From the NCBI RefSeq assembly GCF_032062105.1, contig NW_026919615.1, positions 62,001 to 126,000 on the forward strand: DNA of 64,000 bases, given 5' to 3'. The position numbers and the translations under genes were made by a program. Below are positions 60,301-64,000 of this stretch, piece by piece (position 1 is the stretch's first letter; each line of letters begins with the position of its first letter). The notes beneath the pieces were generated by a model, which was not told the origin of the DNA, ran no database searches, and saw only the letters and a list, made by a program, of their open reading frames with translations. This DNA comes from Saccostrea cucullata (lineage: Eukaryota).

Positions 60301-63300
60301 GAGTAAGAGAGATGGACTCGGCTATGCATGAGTCAATAAATAGAAGATTTCAATTTTTTGCTTTAATATGTGCTTCAGATATGATGTATGATTGAATGAA
60401 TAGACAAGATTCATCAAGAGCACTCAACAAATGAGTCTAGGGACCCAAGGGCAGAGATTTTCATAGGAATAATGGTACAATTAAATGATGATCTGAGCAG
60501 ATTAGTGGAAGAATAAATTGTGAATGGTGACAAATGGGGTTTTGGAGATGGTTGGGTGGAAGTTTTTATCTGCTTGGATTGAAATTGTCATACATCAAAT
60601 TTCCCTGAAGAAATAGCAATGTCCATAGAAATGCAAATGAAGAAGGGCTACCTTTTCTGTTTGGTTATTTCGAAGATGTAAAAAATGCTTGAATTTGCCT
60701 AACAATGAAAATTATGTTTGATGAAGGGAAATGCCAATTATTTTGAAAAGATACAATGTTCAAAACAGGGACTGCTTTAATGAACTGAATGTATAGAAAT
60801 CAAAGGAAATCAAAAGGGAGGAAGAAACAATGCACAGCAGAAAAGTTTTTATAAAAATAGTATGAAATAAAAGCATAGGCAAATCAACTAAACATGCTTT
60901 AATATCACCAGTACCTTTGAAAATATAAAGAATAGAAATAACCAGATGGTTCATTTTATCTTGCTTTCAAGATATTACATAAAGTTATGAATACTTCTAT
61001 AGGTGAAATTTTATTTTGATCTTCAGAGATAAATTGTGAAATTCTGGCTAAATTTTATGAAAATGATGAATTACTAAGACTTTTGTGTATATAGTGTCAA
61101 AATGCCAAATCATTCACTGACACCAGTAGCTTAGTGTATCATATATTATAAATATGACCATGCAGTTAGAATTCATCAGTACGAATTCCCTAAATTTTGA
61201 CAGGCATGTTATTCACAATCAAAGAACGTGGTACATGCCATGTCTAACATCTTGGAAGGTGTCCTCAGGGGTCCTGTTTTGCATATTTTCACAATGAAAA
61301 CAAACATGGGAAACCGAATTCTATAATGCACTGGCAGAGGTGAAGAGAACAGAAGGGTCTATAAATTGTTCACTGTCGTGCATGTTTTATGGACATTGTA
61401 CATGCATGTTGACACTTTAATTGACTAGCTTTTACAGGCTAGATTGTAAAAAAAGAAGACTGAAGGCAATTACTCAAAGCTTCCTGACAACAGGTGTGAA
61501 AATATTGGGGGACTGTCCTAATAGAGAGAAAAAAGAGAAATCGTTATGGGTTGTCAAAAAGGTTTTGTTTGATTAGATAATCAACATCAGAGGGCCACAC
61601 TCCTGTGTATATAATCAATTAACACCCATTTTTCATTCAGAATAATTATTTTTGAGAGGATTAATTGAAACAGATGTTCACATTTTCTGTGTAAATATAC
61701 GCCCTCTATCTCTTCATAATACACCCAGACCAGCTCTTTCATGCTCCAGCGAGTAATTAGTCAGGGCTATTTTGTATTTATCGAAAAACATTTTGATAAG
61801 GATCAATGTACACAAACAAGACCACCAGCTTTTATACATCAAAATGCTTTTTGCCTAGGTTGTATGTGACCTTAAAGTATCAAGTCTAGAGTATATGTAT
61901 CGTACACAAACATTTAGACATCAAGTCAAAGGTGATGTTTGCGGCTAATTAACGACTTCCATCTTCCTCTGTCGTGGCCCTGCCCTCTTTACAAGGAAGT
62001 AACCACCTTTGATACCTTCCCCCCAGTATGTAACTGGCTTTGATCTTGAGACACAGGGAGGAGAGTTGTTATTGATTCTTGTTACACTGTCTGTGATTGG
62101 TAGATTGTCCTGTGTTTCTCTCCGATACTAACAAAGGCCACTCATAAGGAGCCCAGAGTTTTAATACTTTGCCACTCGTGGGCATTTTCTTCTTTATAAG
62201 GAATGGTTTTCTTAAATTCTTTAAAGGTAAGAATTTTGAATAGATTTGTTTATGTCTGTGTATAGTTTGTAAAAGGTTTTTGGTATATGGTGTGTTTTGG
62301 GAGAATTACTTGATTGTTTTTTCTTAAGTTTAAAAAATTAGTTAACTTAAAAGAAAAAAAAATTAGGCCTGCACACAAATTTAGCATGCAGATTTTAGAT
62401 GTGTAAATTAACCAGACTTAATTGAAAGGTTTAAAGGGAGTTTGATATAAGGGGTAAAAAGACACTAATAAGAGATTTCATCTCTTCATTAAAGAATAAA
62501 AAAAAACCTACCAGGCAGAATGAGGTTTTGCTTCTATAAAGACATGTGGTTGTATACAGATCTTAATTACAGTTTTGGATGCGTGTGTGCTTTTGAGGTT
62601 TTTATTATCGCGGCTTGTTAAACATCTGAGCACTAAGGTGTTAACATCTCCATGCAAGCATCAAAGGCTAGGTGTCCAAAAGGTAATAATACTCCAATCA
62701 GATTATGTCATAACAGATGTCAGGTTACATAACATCTTCACTCCAGAGGAGCTTTGATCGGGGCCAGCCAGGTAGATTATCTACCCAGGTAAACACGGGG
62801 TCCTCTATCTATAGGTAAACACACAGGGCTCAAACACTGGCTGTCTAAACCATTCTACCTCAAATTGCTAGAGGAATGAGGGCAAGTCCTAAACGATTAC
62901 CCTGGAGGGGAGCAATTCCGAAGATTTTGGGATTCCGCAAAGTTTTGGGAGTAAGGATGATGATTAAACACTTGCCTCTGCGGTGGCTGATTTATTTTCT
63001 CTTTGATTCTAACTAGCGCCTGGGTTTCGGTATGATCGTTCCTCTCTATAATGTCTGAACATTTTGCCAAGCATCTCTTTTGTAAGTTCAGAGGGAGTCT
63101 GAAACCAGAAGAACAAGTTTGATCAAATGACAGTTTTTCGATAATAATGTTGGCAAACTGAATGTTTTTCGGGCTTTTTGAGAAGTAGCAGCTGCCATTT
63201 TTGTAAGGATATGGGGGCTAGTATTATCAAAGTTTGGAGAATGCCGAAGGATCGGCAGTGAAAATTGTTAAAATAATAACACCAAAAAATAACAAGATAG

Positions 63301-63966
63301 ATGGAATCTCTTTCTGACTTCAGCATTTTAGGTGCAGGTTTCTGAAAGTTTTGTCAGTTGAGATTTGTTTTAGCTGTTTCTTGAGAGATTTGCTACTGAT
63401 ACTGTGAACCGTATGAGTCATTCTGATTTTTCTCTAATTTACAGGAACTATCAGTCAGCCTGGATAATAAAGGAGGCAACATTCCACTCCGAGGTATGTT
63501 AATTAAACAATATGTGTTAATTAATCTGTAAGTTGTTTTCTGTGGAACTAAGTTCTATTGCTTGATTGTCTGATAGGCAAAAATTCTAATAGGAAAGCAG
63601 ATAATTAACGAAGAGGAGGCAGCAGGCATTGTTATTCAATGTCATGCTTCTACTTATTAATAACATTATAATAATGAAGGAATTTTTTAATAAAAAGCTA
63701 AAATAAAAGTCAATTTTACAGCCATTGCTTTTCATCAGAAGCATCCCATGAATTTGTGATTTTATCGGGAATATATCTTGACTTGATGTGAGGGGAAGGA
63801 GCTGTAGTTTTTGGTGATAAATGAATCTGTCATGGTACATGAAGTGTGTATTAATCATCCGGTGATTTTTATTCCAGTGGAACTCCCTCCTCAGAAGATG
63901 GACACAGAGAACTCCAAAGTTCTGGAGCTGGAACAGGACTTGGAGAAACCTCCTCTTAATATTGAG
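41964..63966 (+). CDS. nkd: Naked cuticle homolog (Wnt/Dishevelled antagonist), 3'-partial: coding exons 1-5
   Basis: Exons 41964-41988 (MGKQASKH), 42554-42580 (AYRGKEPPD), 43449-43561 (AECFLINGQLNKALEEQILKQ...), 63445-63493 (ELSVSLDNKGGNIPLR), 63878-63966 (VELPPQKMD...KPPLNIE). All GT-AG, phases 1,1,0,1,0 consistent. The MGxxxSK myristoylation motif, 25-nt first coding exon, micro-exon 2, very large third intron and V.LPP.K motif match vertebrate NKD1/2 as recalled. The EF-hand would follow beyond the window. Confidence 0.85.
48512..48569. repeat. Perfect 29-bp tandem duplication
   Basis: ATCTGGTTTATTGGGAGGGGTCAGAGGTT x2. Confidence 0.9.
52923..53224. mobile_element. Tc1/mariner(pogo)-type MITE with TA TSD in the nkd intron
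   Basis: TA|CCGTATAATCCCTATT ... AATAGGGATTATACGG|TA, perfect 16-bp TIR. Confidence 0.85.
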
Positions 63967-64000
63967 GTAAGTATTTAAGACATGTTTTCTTTTTGAAAAA

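Noticed and set aside
43988-63326. Numerous 60-141 aa ORFs in the nkd intron
   Set aside because: No motifs, AT-rich codon content and no splice support. Consistent with chance ORFs.

Overview
AT-rich, intron-rich eukaryotic genomic DNA. The repeat families suggest a bivalve mollusc, probably an oyster (inference). Four spliced genes can be reconstructed from splice sites and phase-consistent exons: (1) a TENT4/PAPD5-7 non-canonical poly(A) polymerase (+, 5' end upstream of the window, 10 exons seen, stop at 7651); (2) an ABHD4/5-family alpha/beta hydrolase with an intact GHSLG nucleophile (+, 11183-14789); (3) a small C3HC4 RING plus multi-TM protein ending in KKxx (-, 16705-17499); (4) the first five exons of naked cuticle (nkd; +, from 41964, runs off the window), with a ~20 kb intron rich in TCF/LEF-type motifs. 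The ORF track misses nkd entirely. The 18-41 kb interval is a transposon graveyard. It holds three Helentron-type elements with internal satellite arrays, a tRNA-derived SINE, TTAA/TA/AT-flanked MITEs, a Penelope-like relic, a ZAD-like zinc-finger ORF and a decayed duplicated pseudogene. It also holds a full-length RTE LINE with an 11-bp TSD, a predicted 5' HDV-like ribozyme and a nested L1/Tx1-type 3' fragment. I see no unambiguous brand-new system. The best leads are the HDV-like ribozyme at the LINE 5' end, the apparent ancient TENT4-nkd linkage, the Wnt-response motif cluster, and the unassigned RING-TM-KKxx and ZAD-like proteins.
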